A DNA stretch of 64,000 bases from Octopus vulgaris (lineage: Eukaryota): NCBI GenBank assembly GCA_951406725.2, contig OX597816.1:13950001-14014000 (forward strand), given 5' to 3'. Positions 39,615-53,454 of the stretch are shown here, one piece after another (position 1 is the first letter of the stretch; the number at the start of each line of letters is the position of its first letter). Made by a program: the position numbers and the translations under genes. The notes beneath the pieces are model-generated. The model was not told where the DNA came from. It was given only the letters and a program-made list of their open reading frames with translations, and made no database searches.

Positions 39615-40124
39615 TTTTTTTTTTTTTCATTATCATTATTTCAGAGAAGTGATTGGTGCAAGAAGTGGTCTGAGGTATAAGTTTACTTTTGTTTCGTTCC
39701 TTCAGAAGAAAGGTGGTTGGTGTAAGAGGCAGGCATGAGGTATGAGTTATTCAGAGTGGATGTGATGGGGGAGGCGGGCGCGAGAGGAAGGGCTGGCAGC
39801 GTTTCAGTTACATAAACTTCAGGATAATAACGATATCACCTCAGAATCTGTGTGTGTGTGTGTGTGTGTGTGTGCTGGCGTCTGCATAGATATGAAAGCT
39901 GATCTCCAGTCATTAAAAAAAGTTATTCTGTTGAATGTATGAATATATATTCAGGCTCATCTTGTCACTGATGACATTTATAGAAAGGTATGTGTGTGTG
40001 TGTGTTTATACATACATACATACAGGTACATGCACACACACACAGATATATGCACACACACAGGTATATGCACACATACACGCATTCATATTTTAGCAGT
40101 GCACATAACCACAACAAACAGTAA

Positions 40125-41008
40125 AAGTGTGTGTGTGTATGTATGCATGTATGTATAAACACATACATGAATGTGTGCATGCATGTATGTGTTTATGGTA
40201 TGTGTGTATATATGCATGTATGTGTTTATAGTATGTATGTATGTGTTTATGTATGTATGCATGTATGTATGTGTTTATGGTATGTGTGTATATATATGTA
40301 TGTATGTATGTGTTTATAGTGTGTATGTATGTATGCATGTATGTATGTGTTTATGGTATGTGTGTGTATATATATATATATATGTATGTATGTGTTTATA
40401 GTGTGTATGTATGCATGTATGTATGTGTTTATGGTATGTGTGTATATATATATGTATGTATGTATGTGTTTATAGTGTGTGTGTATGTATGTGTTTATAG
40501 TGTGTGTATGTATGTGTTTATGGTATGTGTGTATATATATATATATATGTATGTATGTGTTTATAGTGTGTATGTATGCATGTATGTATGTGTTTATGGT
40601 ATGTGTGTATATATATATGTATGTATGTGTTTATAGTGTGTATGTATGTATGTGTTTATGGTATGTGTGTATATATATATGTATGTATGTATGTGTTTAT
40701 AGTGTGTGTGTATGTATGTGTTTATGGTATGTGTGTGTATATATATATATATATGTATGTATGTGTTTATAGTGTGTATGTATGCATGTATGTATGTGTT
40801 TATGGTATGTGTGTATATATATATGTATGTATGTATGTGTTTATAGTGTGTATGTATGCATATATGTATGTGTTTATGGGATGTGTGTATGTATGTAAGC
40901 ATGTACGTATGTGTTTATGGTATGTATGTATGTATGCATGTAAGTTTTTACATATGTGTGTATGCATGTACGTACATCTGTGCACGCTTGTGTGTATGTG
41001 TGTGTGTG
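40125..41008. repeat. Compound TG/TA minisatellite (alternating GTGTTTATAG and GTGTTTATGG units)
   Basis: Direct reading. Confidence 0.9.
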
Positions 41009-41487
41009 AGACGTTTTGGCACAGCCATTTCGGTGCTGCATAATTGGCATCACTGATTCAGAACTGACTTATTTGACATCAGATGTTTTAGTGTCTCTCT
41101 CATTCTCTCCTTCTTTCTTTCTCATATTCTCCCCACCATCTCTATGCATATTTCTTTGCGTGCACACGTGTGCATGTATGTGCGCACCTCCTATTCCAAA
41201 ACACACTATTACCAAAACAGGCTGCATGTCCAAACAGCCATGCCTAGTTGTCTCATTCTTTGCAGAAAAACCTTAGAAACCAGTGATTTTTATTCATATT
41301 CTTCCGACATGGCACCACCATTATTTCTGCCAAATGGATTTTCACTTTACCATCCGGCAATTGCTTTAATTGAAACCTTTGGTAGTCATGTTGTAATATT
41401 ATGAAGAAATCCATTTATAGATATTCGGTGCTCAACATCAGGATTTCCATAATTGCGATCTGGCATAATTCCAGATCAGGGTATATG

Positions 41488-42093
41488 TGCACACACAAGC
41501 ATAAACATGAATGCACACACACACACACAAGCACAAACACACAAACACACATGCACACAAACAAGCACATGCATGCACACAAGCACATGCACACAAATAC
41601 ACAAACACATGCACACAGACAAACACACAAGTACACACACAAACACAAGTACACTCACACAAACACACACACACAACACACAAACACACACAAGTACACA
41701 CAAGCACACACATATATATATAAACACACACACACACACACAAGTACACACACAAACACAAGTACACTCACACAAACACACACACAACACACACAAACAC
41801 ACTCAAACACACACATATACATATAAACACACACAAGTACACACACAAACACAAGCACACACACACAAACACACACACACAAGCACACACATATATAAAC
41901 ACACACACACATATATAAGCATACACACACAAGTACACACACACAAACACACACACAACACACACACACACAAGCACACATATATATACACACACACACA
42001 CACACATATATAAACATACACACACAAGTACACACACACAAACACACACACAACACACACAAACACACACATGCATATAAACACACACACACA
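41488..42093. repeat. CA-rich compound microsatellite
   Basis: Direct reading. Confidence 0.9.
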
Positions 42094-43417
42094 AAATCCC
42101 TCTCACCTGTTCTCTCTTCACATTTTCTCTCTTTGTCTCTCTCTCTCTCTCTCTCTCTTTCTCAGGTAACCATGTATTTCCTCTCCTGTAACATCCCTAT
42201 TTCTGTGCCTCTCCCCATACAGTAACTCGTCATCTGGCACAAAGCTACCTTCCTCCACATCACCCACACACTCACACATACACATACACACACATGGACA
42301 TACACACACACATACATGCACACACACAAACGTAAATGAGAGTCACCTTCATACAAGCAGTGTTTTCAATTCCAATCTTTGTGTATGTATGTATGTATGT
42401 ATATGTGTGTGTATACAGTTCTCAAATACATATTATAAATTTTTATGTCTTTAACCATGTATGTGGGTGTGAGTGAAGGAGAGAAAGGGAGACAGAGAGA
42501 GAGAGAGAGAAAGGGGGAGGAAGGAGAGGGGGAGATAATGAGTATTGGTGAGATATGATCTAGCAATTTTCTCAAACCCGACTTATGTCACATTCAGGTG
42601 ACCCAGTCCTTTTTCGAGAAAATTCCTAGCCATGATTGATTAGAAGTTACACTGATATGCAAAGAATGTTAGGAAAATATAGAAGCTGATTATATCACAA
42701 ACAGGAGTTGAATAGTTGTGTGTTAGACTCAGAAGAAATTGCAGATGTAGGGTTGTTAAATACTGTGATTTAGTGTCCAAAGGTCTCGTGGCAGTTGCTT
42801 GTTTTTCTCTTTATTTATTTGGTCGTACAAATTCAGAATTAGCTGTATGAAGTATTTTTCTTTTGAAATAATTAATTTCTGTCAAGGGTAAAATTTATAA
42901 AAGCCTTTTAATATTTTTTTTTAGTTTGGAAGAATTCGTTGAGTGGATGACAAAAACGAAAATGATTTGTGTTATTTAGTTTATATTCTTTTACAATGTT
43001 AGCTTTGCTTTCATTTCATTCTTCTTGAGTTGAAAATATTACAAGCTAAGTACTGAGAATGATTAAATCAAATATGAAAATATATATATTTTATACACCA
43101 AAATTTCAGTTATTGTGTCTGTATTAGAAATCCAATTTTTTTTTTGTGTGTATGTATGTGTGTATGTATGTGTGTGTGTATGTGTGTATAGATATATATA
43201 TATATCATCATTGTTTAATGCTAAGAAGGGCATCCAGCTGTAGAAACTCTGCTAAATCAGATTGGAGCCTGGTGCAGTCATATGGTTCGCCAGTCCTCAG
43301 TCAAAATCATCCAACCCTTGCTAGCATGGAAAGCGGATGTTAAATGATGATGATGATGATTTCCATTATTTACATTTGATGGATATTTGTTTTTCATCTT
43401 GTTTGTAAGTAGCTATA

Positions 43418-43823
43418 GGCATAGGAGTGGCTGTGTGGTAAGTAGCTTGCTTACAAACCACATGGTTCCAGGTTCAGTCCCACTGTGTGGCACCTTGGGC
43501 AAGTGTCTTCTACTATAGCCTCGAGCCAACCAAAGCCTTGTGAGTACATTTGGTAGATGGAAACTGAAAGAAGCCCATCGTATATATGTATATATGTATG
43601 TGTGTGTATATGTTTCGGTGTCTGTGTTTTGTCTCCCCAACATCGCTTGACAACCGATGCTGGTGTGTTTATGTCCCCGTAACTTAACGGTTCAGCAAAA
43701 GAGACTGATAGAATAAGCACTAGGCTTACAAAGAATAAGTCCCGGGGTCGATTTGCTCGACTAAAGGCGATGCTCCAGCATGGCCACAGTCACATGACTG
43801 AAATAAGTAAAAGAGTAAAAGAG
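43418..43823 (+). mobile_element. SINE family A
   Basis: Full-length match. Confidence 0.85.
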
Positions 43824-43978
43824 TATGGCTAACTCTTGCCTTGCTTGGAGTCAGGTGAAGGTTGGCAACAAAAAGAGGAAAATTGACCTCAGTGGAATTC
43901 AAACTCAGAGTGTAAAGATTAGCAAAATGCTGCCATGCATTGTGTCTGGCATGCTAACAATTCTACCAGTTCACCACC

Positions 43979-43980
<2 letters not shown>

Positions 43981-44011
<31 letters not shown>

Positions 44012-44790
44012 CTAATAACAAATAATAATAATAATAATGCTAATAACAAATAATAATAATAATAATGATAATAACACAAATAATAATAATGATAATAACA
44101 CAAATAATAATAATAATAATGATAACAACACAAATAATAATAATAATAATAATGATAATAACACAAATAATAATAATAATAATAATGATAACACAAATAA
44201 TAATAATAATAATAATGATAATAACACAAATAATAATAATAATAATGATAACAACACAAATAATAATAATAATAATGATAACAACACAAATAATAATAAT
44301 AATAATAATGATAACAACACAAATAAGAATAATAATAATGATAATAACACAAATAATAATAATAATAATGATAATAACACAAATAATAATAATAATAATG
44401 ATAATAACACAAATAATAATAATAATAATGATAACAACACAAATAATAATAATAATAATGATAACAACACAAATAATAATAATAATAATAATGATAACAA
44501 CACAAATAAGAATAATAATAATGATAATAACACAAATAATAATAATAATAATGATAATAACACAAATAATAATAATAACAACACAAATAATAATAATAAT
44601 AATGATAATAACACAAATAATAATAATAATAATGATAATAACACAAATAATAATAATAATAATAATGATAATAACACAAATAATAATAATAATATTGATA
44701 ATAACACAAATAATAATAATAATAATATTGATAATAACACAAATAATAATAATAATAATAATAATGATAATAACACAAATAATAATAATA
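43981..44790. repeat. (AAT)n-derived minisatellite, ~30-bp unit (AAT)n-GAT-AAY-AAC-ACA
   Basis: Direct reading; it accounts for the long low-complexity ORFs at this position. Confidence 0.95.
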
Positions 44791-44794
44791 GTAG

Positions 44795-45180
44795 AAATAG
44801 AAATTAGCAAAATGTGGAACCTGAAGACTAAAACAATACCTGTTGTCATAGGTGCCCTGGAAATAATCGCAAAAGGGGCTGATTGCTACCTAACTCAGAT
44901 ACCAGGAAACCCCAAAATGACAGCAATTCAAAAGATAGTGTTCATAGGAACTGTCCATATCCTACACAAAATACTTTCTATGTAATCTCTGAAGTTTTAA
45001 AATAAACATAATTTTCTTATGCTTTCGTAAACATTTTCTAGAACAACACAAAAAACAACCAAATATATGACACCCTGGGCATAACACCAACATGAACTTC
45101 CAACTTGTTGTCTCTTGCGGTCTCTGGGTGAGACTTGGACCCAACTTGTACAAATGTAAAGCAAAAGTCAAACATAAAAT
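44795..45180 (+). mobile_element. 3' end of an R4/Dong-like (restriction-like endonuclease) non-LTR retrotransposon
   Basis: EIEISKMWNLKTKTIPVVIGALE..IQKIVFIGTVHILHKIL* followed by a 3' UTR; (AAT)n on both sides. Confidence 0.8.
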
Positions 45181-45516
45181 AATAATAATAATGACAATTG
45201 TGGTGGTGATGATCAAAATGAAAAAGAAGTGAACTACAACCAGTGCATGTCTTTTCATTGCCAGAAAAGTACAATATCTGTTTCAACTCGTTTTTCACCC
45301 CCACCTACCCTTTGACATGGTGGCACATCCATAATATGACAGCTGATGTGGGGAGATGGAGAGAGAAAAAGGGAGGGAGAGCTGTTCCCGCATTCACCTG
45401 GTGCCCATTTTTAGCTGAGGAGACTGGTCTACCATAAAATAAAGTACCTTGCTCAAGGACACTGTGCACTGATGTCATGTACCTAAGCTGAACATCTTCA
45501 CCATTATGGGGTGGGG

Positions 45517-45897
45517 AAGCACTCCGTCGGTTACGACGACGAGGGTTCCGGTTGATCCGAATCAACGGAACAGCCTGCTCGTGAAATTAACGTGTAAGTG
45601 GCTGAGTACTCCACAGACACGTGTACCCTTAACGTAGTTCTCGAGGATATTCAGCGTGACACAGAGAGTGACAAGGCCGGCCCTTTGAAATACAGGTACA
45701 ACAGAAACAGGAAGTAAGAGTGAGAGAAAGTTGTGATGAAAGAGTACAGCAGGGATCACCACCATCCCCTGCCGGAGCCTCATGGAGCTTTAGGTGTTTT
45801 CGCTCAGTAAACACTCACAACGCCCGGTCTGGGAATCGAAACCGCGATCCTATGACTGCGAGTCTGCTGCCCTAACCACTGGGCTATTGCGCCTCCA
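45517..45897 (-). mobile_element. SINE family C, well preserved
   Basis: Full-length copy with intact A and B boxes. Confidence 0.85.
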
Positions 45898-45914
45898 CCC
45901 TCACCATTATACCT

Positions 45915-46149
45915 ATTTCTTTACTACCCACAAGGGGCTAAACACAGGTAGGACAAACAAGGACAGACAAATGGATTAAGTCAATTACATCGACCCCAGT
46001 GCGTAACTGGTACTTAATTTATCGACCCCGAAAGGATGAAAGGCAAAGTTGACCTCGGCGGAATTTGAACTCAGAACGTAACGGCAGACGAAATACGGCT
46101 ACGCATTTCGCCCGGCGTGCTAACGATTCAGCCAGCTCGCCGCCCTCCA
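45915..46149 (-). mobile_element. SINE family B with a 13-bp TSD
   Basis: CACCATTATACCT at 45902-45914 and 46150-46162. Confidence 0.9.
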
Positions 46150-46583
46150 CACCATTATACCTTCTGGAAATGATAAAATGAAAATACCAGTCAGATACTG
46201 GGGTTGATTTAATCAGCTCTGTTCTCTCTCCAAAGATGTGCGATTTTCCGTCTCTATTAGAAATCATAATTAATGTTTATAACAAAGCATTAATTCACTT
46301 AATGTAGCAAGCACGATATCTTCAGATATCTTCAATTAGCTGAGACTGTTGTTGTTAAGAGGATAGATTAAGTGGTCTGTCGCCAACAAGATAGGACTAT
46401 AAATTAGCTTTAGGTTTTAGTTGAAATCAATTTAGTTCTCTTGTTATTACTAGTGACTAAAAACTGATTACCCATTCTCTATCTCATTCTTCTACCATAT
46501 TGATTTATTACCTTGAACAAGTTACAACACATATCGGTACAGCTCAAAGAAAGAATATAGATACCCCTTCAGTTAATCAACAC

Positions 46584-46998
46584 TAGTGTTTCTCAACCGT
46601 TTTCTTACCAATAGACCCCTTTGGTTCCTGTTTTACTTGGATGGACCCTCATAGCCAATTTGTTTTAAAATTCCTTTTATATTCTTTTATTCTTCTGTGT
46701 CGCAGAATCAGCCCTCTCAAAAGTACCTTGGATTGTAGGGCGACATATTGAGGAGACCTATTGAGTCAAGTACATCAAAATCAAATGGAAATTGTAGTTG
46801 TGGTCCCCGAGCAGGTGGCACATAAAAAGCACCATCCACACTACTATTTTATAATAAAATACCAGGAAATGCATAAAAAAATTGTTAAGATATTTTGTAT
46901 ATTATAGAAGCTAAACCAGTTTATTGCATATAAATTCTAACAACAAGATCTTATAAGGACCCCTGAAGGTCTTACGAACCCCAGTTGAGGATCACTGA
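46584..46998. mobile_element. hAT-like MITE with a family D fragment inside
   Basis: TAGTGTTTCTCAACC ... AGTTGAGGATCACTG imperfect TIRs; related left end at ~48063. Confidence 0.5.
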
Positions 46999-47599
46999 TC
47001 TAGACTATATCAAGGTGATATGAAGCAAATGCTTTAGGTCAGGAGGTAGCAAGTTATGTATGGTCAGTGGGCCTCATATCATTAGACCTGCTGACTTTAT
47101 TGAATATATGGTTCTGCACAGTGGTGGTCTGGGTCTAAAAATATTGGTTGCCTGGAGACTAAGGGGGCCCACCCATAACTACAGTGCTATCATTTATTTA
47201 TTATTATTTTTTTTTTGTTAAAAGTATTCTTTTCAACTGTCTACAAACACAGCAAGGCTGAAACAATTGATGCATTTTCCAGGAGTGAATAAAAAAATTC
47301 TCAAACTTGAGAGGATGGGCCCCTTAGATACTAACATGGGCCTCCATATATGGATTCTAATGGTGCAGGGGCCCACTTGCCATTGGGCAAGCTGGCAACC
47401 TGGTCAATCCACCATTGATTCTGCATGTAAAACTTATTTGTTTTGTTTATCAATCTTCAATTAATAAACAATAAAATTCAATATTGAAAACTTAAAGCAA
47501 GAGATAGGTTTCATTTTTGCAGTGGCACAAATAAATCAATGTTTCATATTTATTACAAAAATTGAAGTGGAGTTCCTTGGTTAAAAAGTTACTGTGTTC

Positions 47600-48422
47600 C
47601 ATCATCATCATCATCATCGTTTAACGTCTGTTTTCCATGCTAGCATGGGTTGGATGGTTCAACTGGGGTCTGAGAAGCCAGGAGGCTGCACCAGGCTCCA
47701 GTCTGATCTGGCAGTGTTTCTACAGCTGGATGCCCTTCCTAATGCCAAACACTCCGTGAGGTGTAGTGGGTGCTTTTTACGTGCCACCGGCACAGGTGCC
47801 AGGGGAGGCAGGCAACGGCTACGATTGGTTGGTGCATTTTACATGTCACTGGCACGGAAGCCAGTCAAGGCTGCGCTGGCATCGGCCACGTTCGGATGGT
47901 GCTTTGTATGTGCCAGCAGCACAGGTATCAGAACTACAATTTCCATTTGAATTTTATTTTGATGTTGGGGAAAGTTTTAGTAGTAAATGCTTACACTTGC
48001 CCAGATAAATTCAACAACAGGGACTAACAGCATCTAATATGTTGTCACTATATAGTTTGTATCAATGGTTCCCAACCATTTTTTTAAACCTATGGATCTT
48101 TTGATTCCTGTTCTACTCAGGTGGAACCTCATAGCCATTCAATACTTAAAAAATCCTGATATATATTTAGAATTAAATATTATTAAGAATTATATAAAAA
48201 AAAATTGTGAAAATATTTTGCATATTGTAAAGCAGGTGGCACGTAAAAAGCACCCACTACACTCACGGAGTGGTTGGCGTTAGGAAGGGCATCCAGCTGT
48301 AGAAACACTGCCAGATAAGACTGGAGCCTGGTGCAGCCTTCTGGCTTCCCAGATCCCCGGTCGAACCGTCCAACCCATGCTAGCATGGACAACGGACGTT
48401 AAACGATGATGATGATGATGAT
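47600..48422. mobile_element. Two family D copies (47600-47950 -, 48234-48422 +)
   Basis: Same motifs and tails. Confidence 0.8.
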
Positions 48423-48911
48423 GTAAAGGTATAACTAATTTATTACTCTTTTACTTGTTTCAGTCATTTGGCTGCAGCCATGCTGGAGCACTGCCTTTAG
48501 TCAAACAAATTGACCCCAGGACTTATTCTTTGTAAGCCTTGTACTTATTCTATTGGTCTCTTTTGCCAAACTGCTAAACTACTGGGACATAAACACACCA
48601 ACATCGGTTGTCAAGCGATGGTGGTGGAACAAACACAGACACACAAGCATATACCTATACCTCCCCTTCTCCCTAGCTCTCCTGTATGACCCTTCTGTCC
48701 AGTATTCACCATGATAAATCGTTAGCCACTATGCATTCCTTATTTTCTCTCCTTGTTCTTTTTTCTGTGTTCCTTTCTGTAGAAGAGCGTAGGCTCAAAA
48801 TGTTAAATACTTTTTCACTTCCCGAGCGTTATACTAATACATCTGTTTGTTGTCTACACCACCTGTTTTCACCTTTTGTTTTTTTTTTTTGTGAATTCTT
48901 CACTTTATATA

Positions 48912-49406
48912 TCTATATATATAAAACTGTAGTTGTGTGAGTGTCGGTCCCCTTCGATTTAGATTCCTAACTACTCCCACATTTTGCGGTGCAGTTTAAC
49001 CAAATTCGGGTATCTTATAGTCGTGATTCATATCGCGCGCGTCTACGATGAGTCTACGATTTTAAAAATAATTTAACATCATTTTTTATTCCATTTTAAT
49101 GCATAATTTTTTGTGTGTTGATGGCGGCGGAGTTGGCGTCCATGGTCACACCTGCACCTGTTTGCTTCTCCCCCTTCTTCCCTCCCTCATGAAGCTGTGG
49201 GGAAGGGAGTGTAAGGAAATCAACCTCGTAAAGCGTTGTCAAGGAGACCAGCGTTCTTTTAGAACAACGGCTTCATGGCTTGAAGACACCAAAACAGAAA
49301 TGGCTAAGAAAGCCCGAATTGGCATCTATAAGGGAAGTAACTCTCTAAAAATGCTTATATAGTTATTTCCCTTACAAATCCGAGCAACGCCGGGCGATAC
49401 TGCTAG
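48912..49406 (+). mobile_element. Non-autonomous Helitron, 495 bp
   Basis: Same termini and body as 4924-5439, in opposite orientation, inserted between A and T. Confidence 0.85.
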
Positions 49407-49416
49407 TTATATATAT

Positions 49417-50229
49417 ATTTCTTCATTGCCCACAGGGAGGCTAAACATAGAGAGAACAAACAAGGACAGACAAAGAGATTAAGTCGATTACATCGACCCC
49501 AGTGCGTAAATGGTGCTTGATTTATCGACCCCGAAAGGATGAAAGGTGAATGTGACCTCGGCAGAATTTGAACTCAGGACGTAGCGGCAGATGAAATACC
49601 GCTAAGCATTTCGCCCAACGTGCTAATGATTCTGCCATCTCACTGCCTTATAGATAATCATCATGTAGGCATGAAAGATATTCTTTTCTACTCTAGGCAC
49701 AAGGCTTGAAGGTTTTGGGGAGGGGGCTAGTCGATTAGATCGATGCCAATATACAACTGGTACTTAATTTACTGACCCTAAAAGGATGAAAGGCAAAGTC
49801 GACCTTGGCAGAATTTGATCTCAGAACATAAAGACAGACGAAATACCTATTTCTTTACTACCCACAAGGGGATAAACACAGAGGAGACAAACAAGGACAG
49901 ACAGACGGATTAAGTCGATTACATCAACCCCAGTGCGTAACTGGTACTTATTTAATCAACCCCAAAAGGATGAAAGGCAAAGTTGACCCTGGCGGAATTT
50001 GAACTCAGAACGTAGCGGCAGACGAAATACCTATTTCTTTAATACCCACAAGGGGCTAAACAGAGGAGACAAACAAGGACAGACAGACAGATTAAGTCAA
50101 TTACATCAACCCCAGTGTGTAACTGGTACTTATTTAATCGATCCCGGCGGAAACTGAACTCAGAACATAGCGGCAGACGAAATACAGCTAAGCATTTCAC
50201 CAGGCATGCTAACGTTTCTGCCAACCGCC
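49417..50229 (-). mobile_element. SINE family B monomer plus trimer
   Basis: Monomer 49417-49648; trimer 49679-50229 with junctions at ~49840 and ~50025. Confidence 0.85.
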
Positions 50230-50880
50230 TTTATATATATTATATAATGTTCAATAGAATTAATGCATAACCACAGTTATGTATGTTTAGAAAAGAGTTC
50301 TGAAAATAGTACATTGACTCTGCTGGGAATTCTGCCAGTTGTGCTGAAACTAAAGCATGGTATGATTATTGGAATATTAGACAATCTTGACCCGTGTGAG
50401 TGGGTGTCTATGTGTATGTCTTGCTTTGTGAGATGTGTGTTCACATTTGTGAAATGTGTGTGCGTATGTATACACCACACACATGCACACTCTTACAGAA
50501 GAACACAAATGGGGTTTAAAACTTAAGACGGCTTGTTCAATAGAAGTTTATTGATGTGTTCATAGATTATATCACAGCATAAATCCACTTTCTTCAGATA
50601 TAATTTTAAACAGCATCAACAGGTGAAGTAAAACCTTGATGATGATGACACATCCGACAAACCACTTATTGAATAAGTGATAATTTTAAAAAGAACGTAT
50701 GATTTTATTGGGAAATTGGCAATAAAATGGACATACAAGAAACAAAGAACTGTAATAACTCCATAACTTCAAACAGTTATCTTAATTCGCTTATAGCTAC
50801 AACATGCTATGATGGAGCGCAAGGAAACAGACAGGCTGTATCTAAGAAATGGCCTCAGGGTCATTAAACCTATGTATCCT

Positions 50881-51385
50881 CATCATCATCATCATTGTTT
50901 AACATCCGTTTTTCATGCTGGCATGGATTGGACAGTTCAGCTGGGGTCTAGGAAGCCAGGAGGCTGCACAAGGCACCAGTCTGATCTGGCGGCAGTGTTT
51001 CTACTGTATATTTTAACAGAAATATGTTAATCATCATCATCATCATCATCGTTTAACGTCTGCTTTCCTTGCTAGCATGGGTTGGACAATTTGACTGAGG
51101 GCTGGTAAACCAGATGTCTGCAACAGGCTTCAATCTTGATCTGGCAGTGTTTCTACAGCTGGATGCCCTTTCTAACATCAACCACTCCGTGAGTGTAGTG
51201 GGTACTTTCTTTTATGTGCCACCAACACGGGCCAGAGGGAGCTGGCATCGACCATGATCAGATGATGCTTTTTATGTGCTACCGGCACAGACGCCAGTCA
51301 CGGCAGCACTGGTATCGGCCACATTCAGGTGGTGCTTTTTATGTGCCACCAGCACAGGGATCACAACTACAATTTCCATTTGATT
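50881..51385 (-). mobile_element. Two family D copies
   Basis: (CAT)n tails at 50881 and 51031 followed by family D body. Confidence 0.75.
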
Positions 51386-51604
51386 GTGGTTTGATTTGAT
51401 TACACACATACATATGTACATACCAAGGACATGCCACCTGGGTAGGCAAGGTAGGCAGTGCCGAACCTGAATAAAATAGATCGATAGTAACATTTTCCTT
51501 TTATGACAAAATATGCACCTAACTCAATATAATTACGAAGGTTACTCTGATTTATTTACATTATTTACATTTGACAGATATTTGTCCTCATCTTGTTTGT
51601 TGTT

Positions 51605-51650
51605 AACGCAACGTTTCAGCTGTTATACCCTCCAGCCTTCATCAGGTGTC
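51605..51650 (-). ncRNA. Candidate minimal hammerhead ribozyme in a Penelope-like terminal repeat
   Basis: gacac-CTGATGA-A-GGCTG(gagggtataa)CAGCT-GAAA-CG-TT-gcgtt. Confidence 0.6.
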
Positions 51651-52633
51651 TTGGGGAAATTTTGATCATGGGTTCTCATTCCTAAGGTATTTTTCAATGT
51701 TATTATTATTATTCAGGTCACTGCCTGGAATCGAACTTGGAATCTTGGTGTTAGTAGGCTGCGCTCTTAACGACTATGCCATATGTCTGTGGGCATAGAA
51801 CTGTGTTACTCTGATTATGCATAAAATGCAAATTTTTTTTTTTTTGTAGAATAAGTAGGCATAATTTTCCCCTGCCTTTCAATTTCAGTATTAAAACTAC
51901 ACATAGGACTGCTGTAGTACACGTGCTGTGCACATTCCTACAACAACGTTTTCTTTACATGCTATAAAGGCAGAAGTAATTCTACCTCCAACTCAATCAC
52001 ACACCTGTGTTTCACTTATTTTTGTGTGTTTTACTACATAAACATCACCAACTGCCTACCCTGAGTAAATACTCATGGCACATCCTGGTACATATATATA
52101 TATATATATACATACACAGCTTCCAGTTTCCGTCTACCAAATCCACTCATAAGGCTTTGGTCGGCCCGAGGCTATAGTAGAAGACACTTTTCCAAGATGC
52201 CACACAGTGGGACTGAACCTGGAACCATGTGATTGGTAAGCAAGCTACTTACCACAATGTGTGTGTGTGTATGTGTGTGTGTGTGTGTGTATGTGTGTGT
52301 GTTGTACTGTTCCATTATTGGTAGGATCAAACAAAAAAGTACTCCATCCAGCATGAGATAAATATCATTTAATAGTGTTACTAAAAGCTTTATGCTCAGA
52401 CTGTATAGTAACCAGAAAAGCTTGTGTATTGTGTTATGTACTATCTTGCAATCAGTTAAGCTTGCAAAAAACAAGAAAGGAAAAAAACAATAAATGTACA
52501 TATCATGCTATACAAGTCTGATCAGTTACTGTTCTGAGTATGAAACTTATAATCGTCTGTCACATTTAAATCCTGTGTTTATTAAATTATACAAGTATCT
52601 GTCTGTCTGTCTGTCTGTCTGTCTATTTATCTA

Positions 52634-52670
<37 letters not shown>

Positions 52671-53034
52671 ATCTGTCTGTCTGTCTTTCTATCTATCTAT
52701 CTCTGTTTGTCTGTCTGTCTGTCTGTCTATATACATATATATGTATATATATTTATGTATGTCATCATCATCATCATCATTGTTGTCTGCTTTCCATGCT
52801 AGCATTGGTTGGACAGTTTGACTGTATGTATGTATGTATGTATGTATGTATGTATATACATGTATGTGCATATATATCCACACACACACACCATGTATGT
52901 ATGTATGTATGTTATGTATTCATATATATAAAGTTAATCCAAACATGAAAACACAAAGAGAAAGCACAACAACGCAAGGACGTGGAACAAGTATAGTGTT
53001 ATTGGACACTCAGGAAAGGAAAGAAAGAAAGAGG

Positions 53035-53069
53035 GTTTAACATTTCAAGTGGAGCTCTTCGTCAGAAAC
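53035..53069 (-). ncRNA. Candidate minimal hammerhead ribozyme, decayed
   Basis: gttt-CTGACGA-A-GAGC(tcc)ACTT-GAAA-TG-TT-aaac. Confidence 0.45.
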
Positions 53070-53454
53070 ATAGGAAAAGGAAAGATCCAAAGAAGGGATA
53101 TATATATATATATATGTACATAAATATATATCTATACATGAGAGCTGTCGGCGTACATAAATACTTATACACACAGGCATAGATCATCTGTTCACACCCA
53201 TCATATACATATACGCATACATGTCCATATGCACCCCCACACACACACACGCATAGATGTATTTATTGTAAAAAAATCAAAAGAACAAGTTATATGTTTA
53301 AGACTAAACGAAAGGTGTGTTATTTAATATATTGTGTACTCCACCCTTACTTCTTGTACTTGGCCTTTACCTCGTGACTGAGTGACTTAGCAGGAAAGGC
53401 TCCCAGATAATGATGTAGATAATAACGATGATTATTGCTCCAATAAAGATCGAT

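Noticed and set aside
41255-41485. Possible + strand exon after a TTCTTTGCAG acceptor
   Set aside because: No recognisable protein and no clear donor; it cannot be supported without RNA data.
39965-42356. Many Cys/Val/Tyr- or His/Thr-rich ORFs
   Set aside because: Products of TG/CA microsatellites, open in several frames on both strands.
43963-44985. Five ORFs of 254-306 aa (poly-N, I, Y or L)
   Set aside because: Translations of the AAT minisatellite; only the last ~60 aa of 44065-44985 are real retroelement sequence.
45820-45897. tRNA-like sequence
   Set aside because: It is a SINE head running directly into the SINE body, with many dispersed copies.
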